DNA of 64,000 bases from Oikopleura dioica. Lineage: Eukaryota > Animalia > Chordata. The notes beneath the pieces are model-generated. The model was given only the letters and a program-made list of their open reading frames with translations, did not search any database and had not been told where the DNA came from. A program made the translations under genes and the position numbers. Of this stretch, positions 37,043-54,614 are shown in pieces. The stretch's first letter is position 1; the number at the start of each line of letters is the position of its first letter. The stretch is taken from positions 6,448,001 through 6,512,000 of the forward strand of contig OU015566.1 of assembly GCA_907165135.1 (NCBI GenBank). The letters are read 5' to 3'.

Positions 37043-37156
37043 AACCGGAAGTGACCGGAAGTAAACCGGAAGTGACCGGAAATGACCGGAAGTGAACCGG
37101 AAGTGACCGGAAGTGAACCGGAAGTGACCGGAAATGAACCGGAAGTGACCGGAAAT
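37043..37156 (+). repeat. Eleven-copy CCGGAA(G/A)T minisatellite (ETS-type sites) in the LTR (also 41605-41718)
   Basis: Units of GACCGGAAGT and GAACCGGAAGT spaced 10 or 11 nt apart, mostly alternating. Confidence 0.9.
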
Positions 37157-39173
37157 GTTTACAGGCGTTTGTTAAGGGCAAGAGCGACTCTTGCCTAACA
37201 TCTTCACTCAATTAGCGCCCTCCGGCGACCAAACATAGGGAAAATCATATAAGCTCCGCTTTCTGCACTCAAACACTATTGTAAGGGATATTCTCCCTTA
37301 CATCTCCTCCCCCTCATCGGAAAAAGAGATTTTCCATACATAGGGATTTTAAATTTTCTTTCCTTGGTTGAATTTCTTCGTTTCTCAGCAGATGTTATTG
37401 AGTTTTCATATTTGTCTGATCAGACCTCGACTGTCTCATTTCTTCGTCAGTTATAATTTTTATTTTCATCTTCTTCATCATCTTTCTTTTCAATTTTGAT
37501 TCTCAAATTCATTTTCTTCAATATCTTTCTTCTTCTTTTTCTGTTCTTCTTTTTATCATCTTCTTTTTTTGATTTCCAATCGTCTTCTCTCGTTTTATTC
37601 GAATTTTATTTTCTTCTTTCTTCTTTTTAAATACTTTTTTCAGTTATCCTATCTTCTTTCTACTCATTCCATACATAACTTCGTGTGATTTTCTTCTTCC
37701 TTCTTACTCGATTCATTACATCGTTCTCCTTCTTTTCTCATCTTATTCTGAATTTGCTTTCTTTTTTCTTGTTATAACTTTCATCTCTTCGTTTCTCTAT
37801 TCTTTCTCCTTTCAATTTATATTTTTCTTCATTTCTCTTCTTTCTTCTTCCAACTTTTTTTTTTGTTCGTTTTTCATACTTTATCATTACGATTTTTATT
37901 CCTTTTCTATCTCCTTCATTATTTATGCTTCTTCGTCTCAGCCAAAAATCCAGAATTAGTGCACTGTTGGATAGATGACCAAGATTCTTTCATAGCACTG
38001 TCTCAATTCGACTTATCAACTCAAATTCGATTGCGATGGTAAAGCAATTAAGATTGTTTGGAAGACACTTTAGGTTCAAGCATGGCCAGTGCATGAGGGT
38101 CGAATGCTCCCTTGTTGAGCTTTATACTCAAAATGAGACAAAGATTTTAAAATTGCTATGTAAGAAGCTCGCATGCGTTATAAAATCGATTTCAAATGTA
38201 TTTTTTACAGTCATGTCTTCTCCTCTCTCTTTCATTGTTAACATGTTTTTTCAAGTCTTTTACACGAGTTCAATTATCAATTTTGTCTTTCATTTAGTCT
38301 TTGCAAATTGACGATCGTTTTTTTTTTCTTCTATTTCTTAAATACGATATTCATATTCCTTTTTCTTCTTTTCCATTTTAAATGCTCATTTTCATTCATC
38401 GTCTCGTTTGTAATCAAATATTCTCTTTATTCCTCTTTTTTACGAAGATTATATATAATCATGTTCAACCACTTCTTTGACTTAAAAATAATCTCTTCAT
38501 GTATTCATCGACGCGTATGCTTATCTTTTTTAATAATATGCGTCGCAAAAATTTCTTTTCTCGAGTCAATTCGTCTTCGCTTCCAAGATTCAATTGAATT
38601 TAAAGAACTGAGCTAATAACGCACTATGACAGTTCTTTTCTTGTTGCCATGAAAGTCGATCTAACAATCAAATGATTTCTGACTGGCATTTGTGGTTGTG
38701 GTCATCAAACCACAGATTTCTTTCTCGAAAAAACGATTGTTCTTTCACTTTTATTTTCAAGAGTGCTTGATTCACGGACTAAGCTTGTTCCTACTCGAGC
38801 ATAACTTATAACCATTTTTATTATTTTTTCCTTTTTAACTGTTCATTCTCGTTCTCCGAGAAATCTTCAGGAGGAATTCAATGCCTTTTGCCGGTCGCTT
38901 TAACCCTGTCTGCGTCAATTCGTCCTCCATAGGCGAAATAAAAAAATATTTAACATGGTTTTATTATCATAAATGTGCTTTTCGCGTTTAATCAGCTTCT
39001 ATGTAATCGACAATATTAATCTTGCAGACCTGTCTATGAATTCGAATCAACACTGCGCCATCTCCAATTTAAAAATTTATTATCTATAAGGCACACAAAA
39101 TAATAAAGAAAGGCAAAAAACACATTTTTGAAACAGTAAGGTCTAAAAATTCTTCGTCAAAGGGAATTCCAAT

Positions 39174-40398
39174 TTATTCATCCTTTCTTGGGCATTGTGC
39201 TCGTTTGTGGCCTCGTCGTCCGCAAGACCAACAAGTTATTCCTGATTCGCACCCATGGTTGTCTTCGTCACTCTCCGATTGTTGTCGTTCACGAGTTCGA
39301 TATGGACACTGGTAAATTTTGTGACCTGCTTCACCACAATTGTAGCACAGGCTAATGTCAGCCTTTCTTTCTCGCTCTTTCAATTTTCGGCAATCTTTCT
39401 GGAGATGACCGTATTTACCGCAATAGTTGCAGTCGGTTGTTTCACAGTAATTCGCCTTATGGCCTTTTTTGCCACATCTGTAACAAATAACACTGATTTT
39501 TCAAGCTCCCACGCAAATCGGTTCTTAAGTTTTTGGCAGTCAACTGTTCGATGACCGTTCATTTCGCAATAAATACATTCGTAGTCTTCTTCTTCTCCCT
39601 CTTCTTCATTCTCTTTCGTTCGATCCGTGTTAACATTTGAGAGTTCATTCTTATCTTCCTTTTTGTCTTCGTCTTCGTAATCTTCCTCGTCATCATATTC
39701 GTCTTCACTGGAATAGGTACAGTGATAATCTTCGGGTATATCGGACTCATTAGATGAAATTTCATCGGAAGATTGATCAGTCTCATCTCCCAAAGCATTA
39801 ACTTCCTTTTCTCGCTCGCTTTGCTTTTCGTAAAGCTCAGCGCATTTATCAACAATATCCATATTGTCTGATTTTTCCTTCCTGTATTCCAAAAGGAATT
39901 CGGAATTCTGGATCTTTTTCGGAAGTTTCTTAAGAAATTCTTTCATGGTGATCTTTTCAACCATGCTATCGCACTCATCACCGATGGTCTGTTTGACAAG
40001 TTGATTCACTCGATAGTAGAAATTTCTAAGATTCAAATGCTCTTCTGGGTCATATTTAAGTTTATCAAGCAAATTCTCGTAAACGAAAGGATTCTTTCGA
40101 CATGCTCGATTGAATATGACCAAAAGTCCTTGATTGAAATTTTTGCTTTGTCTAATTGTGCAAGTTCGAGAATAACTGTTTCTTGGATCGGGTCCGGTAA
40201 TTGACTACACATCTGACCAATCTTTGCAGATTCGTCAGTCAGACCGTTCAATCCGAGAAGAAAATCGCATTTGTTTACCCATGCTTCACAGTTATCATTC
40301 TCCTTAAATTTTGGTAATTTTAACTTGCTTGACATAAGCGAATTAATTTCCGAATTTTCAGAGTAGCCAATATCATCGTTGAAATCAGACTGACTCAT
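39174..40398 (-). CDS. gag: Gag-like protein with three CCHC zinc knuckles, split by two 1-nt frameshifts
   Basis: KLPKF..NCEAWVNK capsid-like start; CIYCEMNGHRTVDC, CYNCGEAGHKIYQC and CWSCGRRGHKRAQC. The shifts at ~40120 and ~39383 lie in short homopolymer runs. Confidence 0.8.
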
Positions 40399-40765
40399 TG
40401 TAATTTCTTCTTCTCAAATTTATCTGATTAAAATGCTAAATGCTACTGCTTATGCAAATGCAAATGCGTTAACTAAACCCTATCCGGGTATTACTGGGGA
40501 ATGTGGACGTCGCCACGGGAAATCGTCTATACGCTAGACTGCGTTCGGGTAGTTTTTCGTCTATACGCCGTAGACGGATCTTTTTATTCCCCGCTAGGTA
40601 AAAAATACCCTTACGCCGAGAACCGAATCAAAAAAGATTCTTACTGAGTCCGATATAGATCAGGGCAGACCTTGACGTAGCCACTCCAGAATGGCGACTA
40701 CGCAAGTATCGTGTTAGCTACCGTGTCTGATCTATTCTCGTGGAATCGATAACTTCAGTCACCAA

Positions 40766-41864
40766 TAATAGGGCACAAATAAAGTACCCTGGTACCGGTC
40801 TCCTGACGCTAGTCAAATTCCTGCTCGGGTTTTTTTATACTTGGGTCTATGCGTGTACGACTAAATAGACAATACACTGCGACTACAAGATTCAAGACTC
40901 AAAACAGCTCTACTAAGGCGTAGACCTGAGTTCGCAAGTACCCGTGAGAGTACTTGTTACCACTGATTGCTCAGCGGCCGTTGTGGTTGCTGCTGCTGGT
41001 GTTGTTGCTGCTGCGGTTGTTGCTTCTGCTGTTGTTTGGTGGTTTCTTCTGCTGGATAAAAAGACAAGTGTTTTTTGTTTGGTTCGTTAGAATGATTTAT
41101 TGAGGCGAAAGTCGCCTTTATATACTCAGAAAGGGATAATAAGAATGTTCGAGAACTTTCGTGGAACAGTAATAGAATAATCTTGTATCTTCTTAGAACA
41201 GTAATAGAACAATCAAGTATCTTCTCCAAGATGAAGTCATAATTCGTCAGCGTGAGTCATTGTCGCTAGAAGGTTCCAGGAGTATCTTCGGATGATGTCA
41301 TTCAAGCGTCAGAAGTCCGTCATTGCTTCATACATTGAGTCAATACATTGTTATTTGTAAACATATGTATTTATGCTCACCATAGGTGGCGCTAGTGTGT
41401 CACCACTAGAGGTCACTAGAGAGCCATTCCTGAGTGTCCACTAGGTGGCGCTAGAGAGCTGACACTAGGTGGGGCGCGAGAGCCAACACTAGATGGGGCG
41501 CGAGAGCACACGCTAGGTGGCGCTGTTACAAGTGAGCATTAGCTCAGCTATTCTCTTACAAGGTATATGAATCGATGCGTACTTATAGTAATGATCTTGA
41601 GGTGAACCGGAAGTGACCGGAAGTAAACCGGAAGTGACCGGAAATGACCGGAAGTGAACCGGAAGTGACCGGAAGTGAACCGGAAGTGACCGGAAGTGAA
41701 CCGGAAGTGACCGGAAATGTTTACAGGCGTTTGTTAAGGGCAAGAGCGACTCTTGCCTAACATCTTCACTCAATTAGCGCCCTCCGGCGACCAAACATAG
41801 GGAAAATCATATAAGCTCCGCTTTCTGCACTCAAACACTATTGTAAGGGATATTCTCCCTTACA
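40766..41864 (-). repeat. 5' LTR (1099 bp)
   Basis: On the minus strand it begins TGTAAGGGAGAATATCCCTTACA, ends CCCTATTA and is followed by the PBS. Confidence 0.95.
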
Positions 41865-43292
41865 ATGACCACAAAGAACATTGGCAGTGCTGCATTATAA
41901 TTTGCGGTCATCAATTTGGAAAATCTTGCATCGAGAAATGGCACAATGAAAAAGGACGTTGCCCAAAATGTGACAAAAAATTTTCGCTCGAAAATATTCT
42001 CACTCTTTTCTGAGACTTCAGCTTGATTAATTAATATTTACATTTATTCAAATATATTTTAAAAAATATATCAATTCTTTTTCTCTGTAGTCATGATTAC
42101 AAGTTTGCTTTGAAACATATTCAGGTTTGATTAGGAAGGTCGCTGACCTTGACAGGTTCTGGCTTCGGCTAAAACGTTGTAGCTATTGAGTGTCGGGGCG
42201 TCGGAAATGCTTTTCATTGTCCGCAGGACGGTTTAGAAACGAGTGTGAATTATTAGATTTGCATTTTGGAGCAGCAAATCAGCACCAATTAGCGATAAAC
42301 GCCAAAGCGACCGGTCACACCGAGAACCGATTTGGCAAAAGGCCGAACAAGACCAGACAAAACCAAAAGATGACAATTTTTGTTGGTCGTACAAGCAACT
42401 ACAGTCGTTTTTCCAGACGATGAAATTTTAATTTCGTCGGTTAAAATTAAAATTCTAGTTCTCTTCCAGCTTTTCTCTTAGAAATAAGATAGTGACACCC
42501 TTATTTTTGGCCTTTTTGGCGAGAAAATAAGCAAGTCGTTCTGAAAAAAGATGAAATTAGCCTCAAAATCGGGGTGTTTCGAAAATGTCAAGTCGATCGG
42601 CGTAATCAGTGGGCTCTAAATGAGCAGAAAATGCAAAATGATCCAAAACAAAACCACGTTTGGGATGGTAAATATTGCAGAAAATCTAAATTCAGCGCCA
42701 ATAAGTCGTCGGCTTAGTTGAACTAACACTGATTTGGAACTTATGCTTCTTGCATCATCTTTGTTTCATGCTTCCTAGCAAATATCACGCGGCTTTTTTA
42801 TAAGTTCCCAGCGCAGATTTTATTCTGAGCAAACACTATAAAAAAACCACCGCAGCATTCCTTGACTCATCTCAATTTTAGATTTGTCCTTCTTTCTTGT
42901 TAATATTTCCGCTCGATCATCATTAGAACAAGTCGTCGATAAATTGAGGCGACTGAATTTTCGCCACAATTTCCGATTTCACGGGTCGTCATTCAAAGGC
43001 GCTTAGCTCCTCCTGCCTGGCGTCGACATTGTTAAACCTAAAACGCTTGATACGCCAGCATCAAGACGGATCGCTGTCGCAATTAAAAATTGAAACTTTT
43101 TTCCCACTCCTACTTCTTATTCTTTACTTCGTATTTCTGCCCAAATTTCTGTTTCAAATTCACTTTTATAATTTATTGTTTTCAAAAATACAGTTTAAAA
43201 TACGCAAAATTCGCAGCAAAAAGATTTAGGTTTAAAAAAAAGGTTGAAACAGAAATAGTTATTATCGCAGCAAAATAGAATAATTCTCATCC

Positions 43293-49676
<6,384 letters not shown>

Positions 49677-51547
49677 TTAGTTTAAGGATAATGTTTTTCA
49701 TAAAAATATTTCGATAATTGATATTCCACCTCCAGTTCTTTTAGTTTCTAATGTTTGAAAGTCAACGAGCTTAATTTAATTTTTTATAAAAAGATAACAG
49801 TAAAAATATAATTATAGTACTTTATTTTTTATTCTTGAATCTCTTGCCAAAAGCTCTTCCTTAAAAAGGCTTTTGAATACTCGACTAAGGGGATCTACTA
49901 GAGACGAGAAAATAATGCCATCTCGCGCGCTCCACATTTTTTCACCGAGAAGGGTTGAAATTTCAATTTTACCGATCTTCGATTCGAAAAAATCCAACTC
50001 TGGAGACACTATTTTCCCGATCATTTTCACTTTTTTCTTCCAAAAGCAAATGATCCCTTTACAAAACTCAGAAGCAGAGTATTTTTTGCCGAGAATTTAT
50101 TTGAAGAGGTTATTTGGACGAGAAGTGCGAAAAGTCACACGCACGGTTTTCTGCGTTCTTTACCGGTTGTACTGATTTGTGTGTTCTAGCGCGCGTGTGG
50201 AGAGTGAAAACATTTAGAGATAATAAATCAAGAGCGAATTTCACACCGAGGATAATCGGACAGCAACGAATTCAGGACTGAATCAAGGGGGGAAATTATG
50301 ACTCGTCATAGACAGATATTAATAAAGTTATGAAGAAGTGGCTACTAAAATATATTTTTAAGAGTTAATCATTTACTCTAGTCAGTAAAAATATTTATCA
50401 GCACAATTAAAAAGACCAGATATGGTTCCTTAATTAATATTGAAGTATGTTAATTTCAAACGAAGTCTTCAGCAGTAATCAAAACGTAGCCTGTAGATGA
50501 TTTATGAAGATAGTCACCAAAATGTTTTTTAATAAATATATAAAGAAACCCGTTAAAAGCCATTTATGGTCCTACTTTTTCATTTCTCATCATCTTTTCT
50601 TGCTTTTATTTATGATTTCCCTTCATCCAGCTTGGTGCCAAAAAGATGCACCTGTTGCCAATTTTAGCCGTATCAATTTATTTTTGAGAAATTAACCGTG
50701 AAGTCGGCGGAAATATTTGGATCAGGATTTATATCGAACACCAGCGCATCTAATTTTCACCAAACTTGATACTCTCTAATCTTTCAATTTCCCTTGCTTT
50801 TTCCGTAGAAATTTTATTTTTAACCTTCGAGAGGAAATGGTGGTCGAAAACAGCTGGTCATTGTCGGTACCATTGGATTCATTTTAGGGCTTTGTAGTCG
50901 ACCTTTTCTTCGTTTTTGGTCTCTTTTTGACTCTCACGCGCCAGGGTGTTAAAATGACTAGGAGGTCGTTGTTGATTGAAGTGGTTAAAAAGGGTTGATA
51001 AGGGTCTAATTCAATAGATCTTTCGTTTTGTGATGAATAGTAAAGTAGATTCTTAATTTCAATTTTCTCCCTATTTTCAGGTGCGGGGCGCGCGAGGTGG
51101 CCCAACTCGTGAAACAGCAAAAGCGCCACCACCGCCACCAAGAAGAGCGAGAGACAAGCACCGTACCACCACCACCGCCAACGAAAACCGGAAAATGAAA
51201 CGAGTCCAAATCAAGAAATCAAAATTTCATCGCGCTCAGCAAAAAACGCGCAACACGAAATCAAAACCAAATCCAAACTGACCCGAGTTTCAAAGGTCCC
51301 TCAAAGGAAGCGAAAATATTATAAGATTAATTTCTTCGATTCGATTCTAGTTTGTCTATTTTAGGCAAAAAAGACGGTAAAGCTAGCATCAAGAATTATT
51401 ATGATCAAATTATAGTCATCTTAAAAGTCAAGCTTAGCTTATTGGAGACATAGAAGAGTACAATTTTAACATCGGTTAAAACTCTTTTCCTATCCCTAAA
51501 TAAAAATCTGAGGAAATTTTTTCCAAAATTTCCTTTGAGAATAAAAA

Positions 51548-51738
51548 AGACATTATTAATGTCTATTTATATATTTTTTTTAAACATCTCTTTCCTAAAA
51601 TTGTCAAATTCCGTACGTGACTATGCTGCAAACAGGTCTTGATCCCAGATGTACGCAGCATAGTCACGTACAGAATTTGAAAATTTTAGGAAAAAGATGT
51701 TTTCAAATAAAATATATAAATAGACATTAATAATGTCT
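51548..51738. repeat. Foldback/MITE with ~80-bp inverted arms
   Basis: AGACATTATTAATGTCTATTTATATATT...TACGTGACTATGCTGC is mirrored by GCAGCATAGTCACGTA...AATATATAAATAGACATTAATAATGTCT around a ~25-nt loop. Confidence 0.85.
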
Positions 51739-52328
51739 ACCTTCTCCAATGCCATAAAAATGCAAAAATGCAACTCGTCAGAAATCAATTTACTGCTCAA
51801 AATTGTCGAAATTAATCAACCTTTTGCGAGATTGCATTTTATTGACCTTTGAGAAGGTGAATATATCCGATTAGCGAATTTCATCCGGTTCCTCAAATTC
51901 CACGCTTGGTTTTTTTCTTGAAGGTCATCACGCTTCCTAATCATCAGTTTCTTCAAATAAAATACGAGTTGACTTCAGGGCGTCTAAAATCTGCCCTTGA
52001 CTTTACCGGCAATTTTCTTAATTCTGTGGGAATTTATGACAACCCTTCCGCTTTCAAGCGCCGAATCAATTTTTCCTTGCTTGTAAGTTTCCTTCTGAAA
52101 TCTACCACAATTCGGTAATGGACTTAGATTCGATTTTGTCCAAATTTCTTTCAGCGCCTCGCGCCGAAATGTGATTGGTCACGCTCTTTTCAAGAACGAT
52201 CGCGGCGCTCGCGAGGTGGCGCCTTTTCCAAACTTGGCCAGCTTCGAGACAATTGTTAATTGACAAATATTGCGGATTTATTTGAATTGAGTAGCAAATA
52301 TAAAAATCGAGTGAATATAAAAAGACTT

Positions 52329-53115
52329 CTAATAGCAGGATAAGCGCTGAGGAGATTTCCAGAATAATTTTCGGCAGGGAGTTTCAATGTGTCTCTTTGA
52401 TACCTAAAAAGTTAAGATTTTCATACACTTTTCGATAGATAGAGAACCATAATTGTTTGAAAAAACATTTGCTCCTGGTCTTTTTTTTAATTCATGCCAT
52501 TGGAATTTAAAGTGTAGACGCGTTATACAGTACATCGTAAGCCCGAGTCGTCCCCTATGAGTTTTTGTTCAAAGCTTATTTTAAGGTACCCCCCGTCAGC
52601 TTTTTCCTCCGAAAAATTGAAATTTTTGAAAACACCATATTTATGGTTCTTTATGTGTCCTTAAGGTAAACTTTCTTCAAAAACTTGATAAGACGAAGAT
52701 TTGACCAAGAAAAATCAATATTTTTGCCAAAATTAGGGCAAATTCTTCAATTTTCGGCGAAATGCTCAATTTTCAAATGCGATTTTAAGGGTGAAGGAGT
52801 CGAGATAGACTCCCAAAAATGAAGCCTCAAAATCGTTTTTGACCCGTGGAATCCATTTCCGGGGTGAAAATTTTAAAATTCCGAAATTTGATTTTTCAAA
52901 AAAAGCTGACGGGGGGGGGGGGTCCTTAATAAGAAAGCATAATTTGAAAATAGTAATCCTATTTTACTGTTAATAATATTATTTTTATAGGTATTTATCG
53001 TTTTTATGGCAAAAATATCAGTCAATAATCTTACCAGCATTGGAAATCCTCGTTCGCTAAAATATCTGCCTTGGACTACGCTCACAGCTGCGAAAACAAG
53101 ATTAAAAACTTTCAT
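52329..53115 (-). CDS. Somatostatin/cortistatin-like neuropeptide precursor (51 aa)
   Basis: Exon 53115-53035 (MKVFNLVFAAVSVVQGRYFSERGFPML, donor GTAAGA) joins in phase 0 to exon 52403-52329 (acceptor TTTTTAG; VSKRHIETPCRKLFWKSPQRLSCY*). It has a signal peptide, a KR site and a C-x3-FWK...SC ring. Confidence 0.8.
52585..52925. mobile_element. TTAA-flanked MITE with GG...CC termini (Kolobok-like) in the neuropeptide intron
   Basis: TTAA at 52581-52584 and 52926-52929; TIRs GGTACCCCCCGTCAGCTTTTT / AAAAAGCTGACGGGGGGGGGGGGTCC. Confidence 0.6.
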
Positions 53116-54614
53116 ATTTTTCTTTTCAAGCCTTGAAAAAAGTGGATTTTGTAAATTGTGTTTTGTTTGAGTTCTTGCGGCGAAAACCTTATTTTATAGC
53201 ACCCGACTTCGCAAGCTTTTTAATAATTGATTGGATTTATTAAAATGACCCTCGGCGCAAGAGGGCCACCAGCGCGCCTCCTTTGCATTTACAGTAGAAG
53301 CCAACACTTGTTGTTTGAACACGATACAGCTCCGAATCAAAGATACAGGGGGTAGTACAGGAGATCATACAGGTAGAGGGAGATGAGCAGCTTCAGTTGG
53401 TGTATACATAAGGGTCGTAACGGGCCATTTTCGTGACGAAATCACCGCGGGTGAAGACTTTGTGGATAGCAGACTTGAATCTCATCATTCTGAAGTCATT
53501 TTTAGGCCGTGTGAAAATAATTGAGTTTTTGTGAATAACGAAGTTAGGCGTAAGAATGATTTAATAATCCCAATCTATTCTATGTTTATATCATCAAGTT
53601 TTATCGTTATTAAATAAAGCGACCCTTTTTTTAATAAAAAAACAACAAGGGATAGAAATGGTTAAGAATGATGGCTCTGAAATATTTTTATCAAGCAACG
53701 ATGAGTTTCGCGAGCTGTTCGAATTGTCTTCGGTCAACTTTTTCGTCGAACTTGCATGATAAATTTATTTTTTATTTAGAGTCTACTTGTTTTTCTTGAT
53801 TTTTTAATCCTAAAAGCCACAATCTCCTCGTTGATTTCCAAAATTCTCACTGTTTCGTGTACCTCTTTAAATTTGTATTGCACCCCCTATCTGTACAGTT
53901 CTTAGGTGAAAATAAACTGAAATCGCTAATTGGTAGCCTTTTCGCATTTGAATCTTATAGACAGCTATTCGATTCGATTATTGAGATTCGTGCTAACTCT
54001 TATTGACTTACCTCGGGCATTGTCGATATCTTTGAGTTACCAGAGTCGCTATCGCGTCTTCCAAATCATAAAGCGACTTTGCCAGAAAGATTCTCCTCCT
54101 TGTCTCCAACTGTTCTGTGAAAAAGGTTCAATTGCAGGATTTGAACTTGATCTAATTGTCGATTTATTATTAACGAAAGCAGAAGAGAATGAATAAGATC
54201 ATAATTGGCCATTTTGAAAATGAGCAGGGCTTTCAGATTCTAATCGAATATGTCAGATTTGAATTTTGATGGTTTTTTTCTAATTGACTTTTTTGCTATT
54301 TTAATCGGGTTGATTACGCAAAAGATGCATATTCAATTCAAATTGCATCATGCGAAACCATATATAAAGAGGCCGTTTTTGTACTGTATCGACAGTAAGA
54401 TTGGTGAACCCTATCCTAGAGTGTCGATCTCACAATTGTACGGAATTCCATAAAAAATATCGGTGAAAACATCCTGGGCCCGGCTGCAGATCGACTGTAC
54501 TTTCTATTTTAAGGGGTCGACGGGGATATACGGAATGTGTTAAACACATCAGTACATAGTGCCAACACGAGGCTGTTGACATGATAAATGCCCGTACCGT
54601 CTACCCGATCCTTA

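Larger units (their letters stand above)
36205..37302 (-). repeat. 3' LTR (1098 bp)
   Basis: Matches 40766-41864. On the minus strand it has TATATAAA near 36560, AATAAA near 36538 and a CAG/CAA tract at 36424-36475. Confidence 0.95.
36205..41864 (-). mobile_element. Non-autonomous gag-only LTR retrotransposon, very recent insertion
   Basis: LTRs 36205-37302 and 40766-41864 (two differences seen); 5-bp TSD ATGAC; PBS TGGTGACTGAAG at 40764-40753; PPT GAGGGGGAGGAGA at 37315-37303; no pol. Confidence 0.95.
35698..42013 (+). pseudogene. Coiled-coil plus C-terminal RING-finger gene (RFWD3/TRAIP-like RING) disrupted by an in-frame stop and an LTR insertion
   Basis: Removing 36205-41869 joins PKCEICLGRYD to HKEHWQCCIIICGHQFGKSCIEKWHNEKGRCPKCDKKF. 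This is the same frame as ORF 35698-36117, past TAA 36115-36117. Confidence 0.85.

Noticed and set aside
37043-37156. CRISPR-like array
   Set aside because: No unique spacers and a eukaryotic context; it is a simple minisatellite.
36395-37211. LTR ORFs with poly-Q and HFRSLPV repeats (also 40957-41773)
   Set aside because: Translations of the CAG tract and ETS minisatellite; no coding evidence.
50836-51281. Pax3/7 first exon, or a basic plus-strand peptide gene
   Set aside because: No ATG-containing phase-1 exon found; the plus-strand ORF has an acceptor but no supported start or homology.
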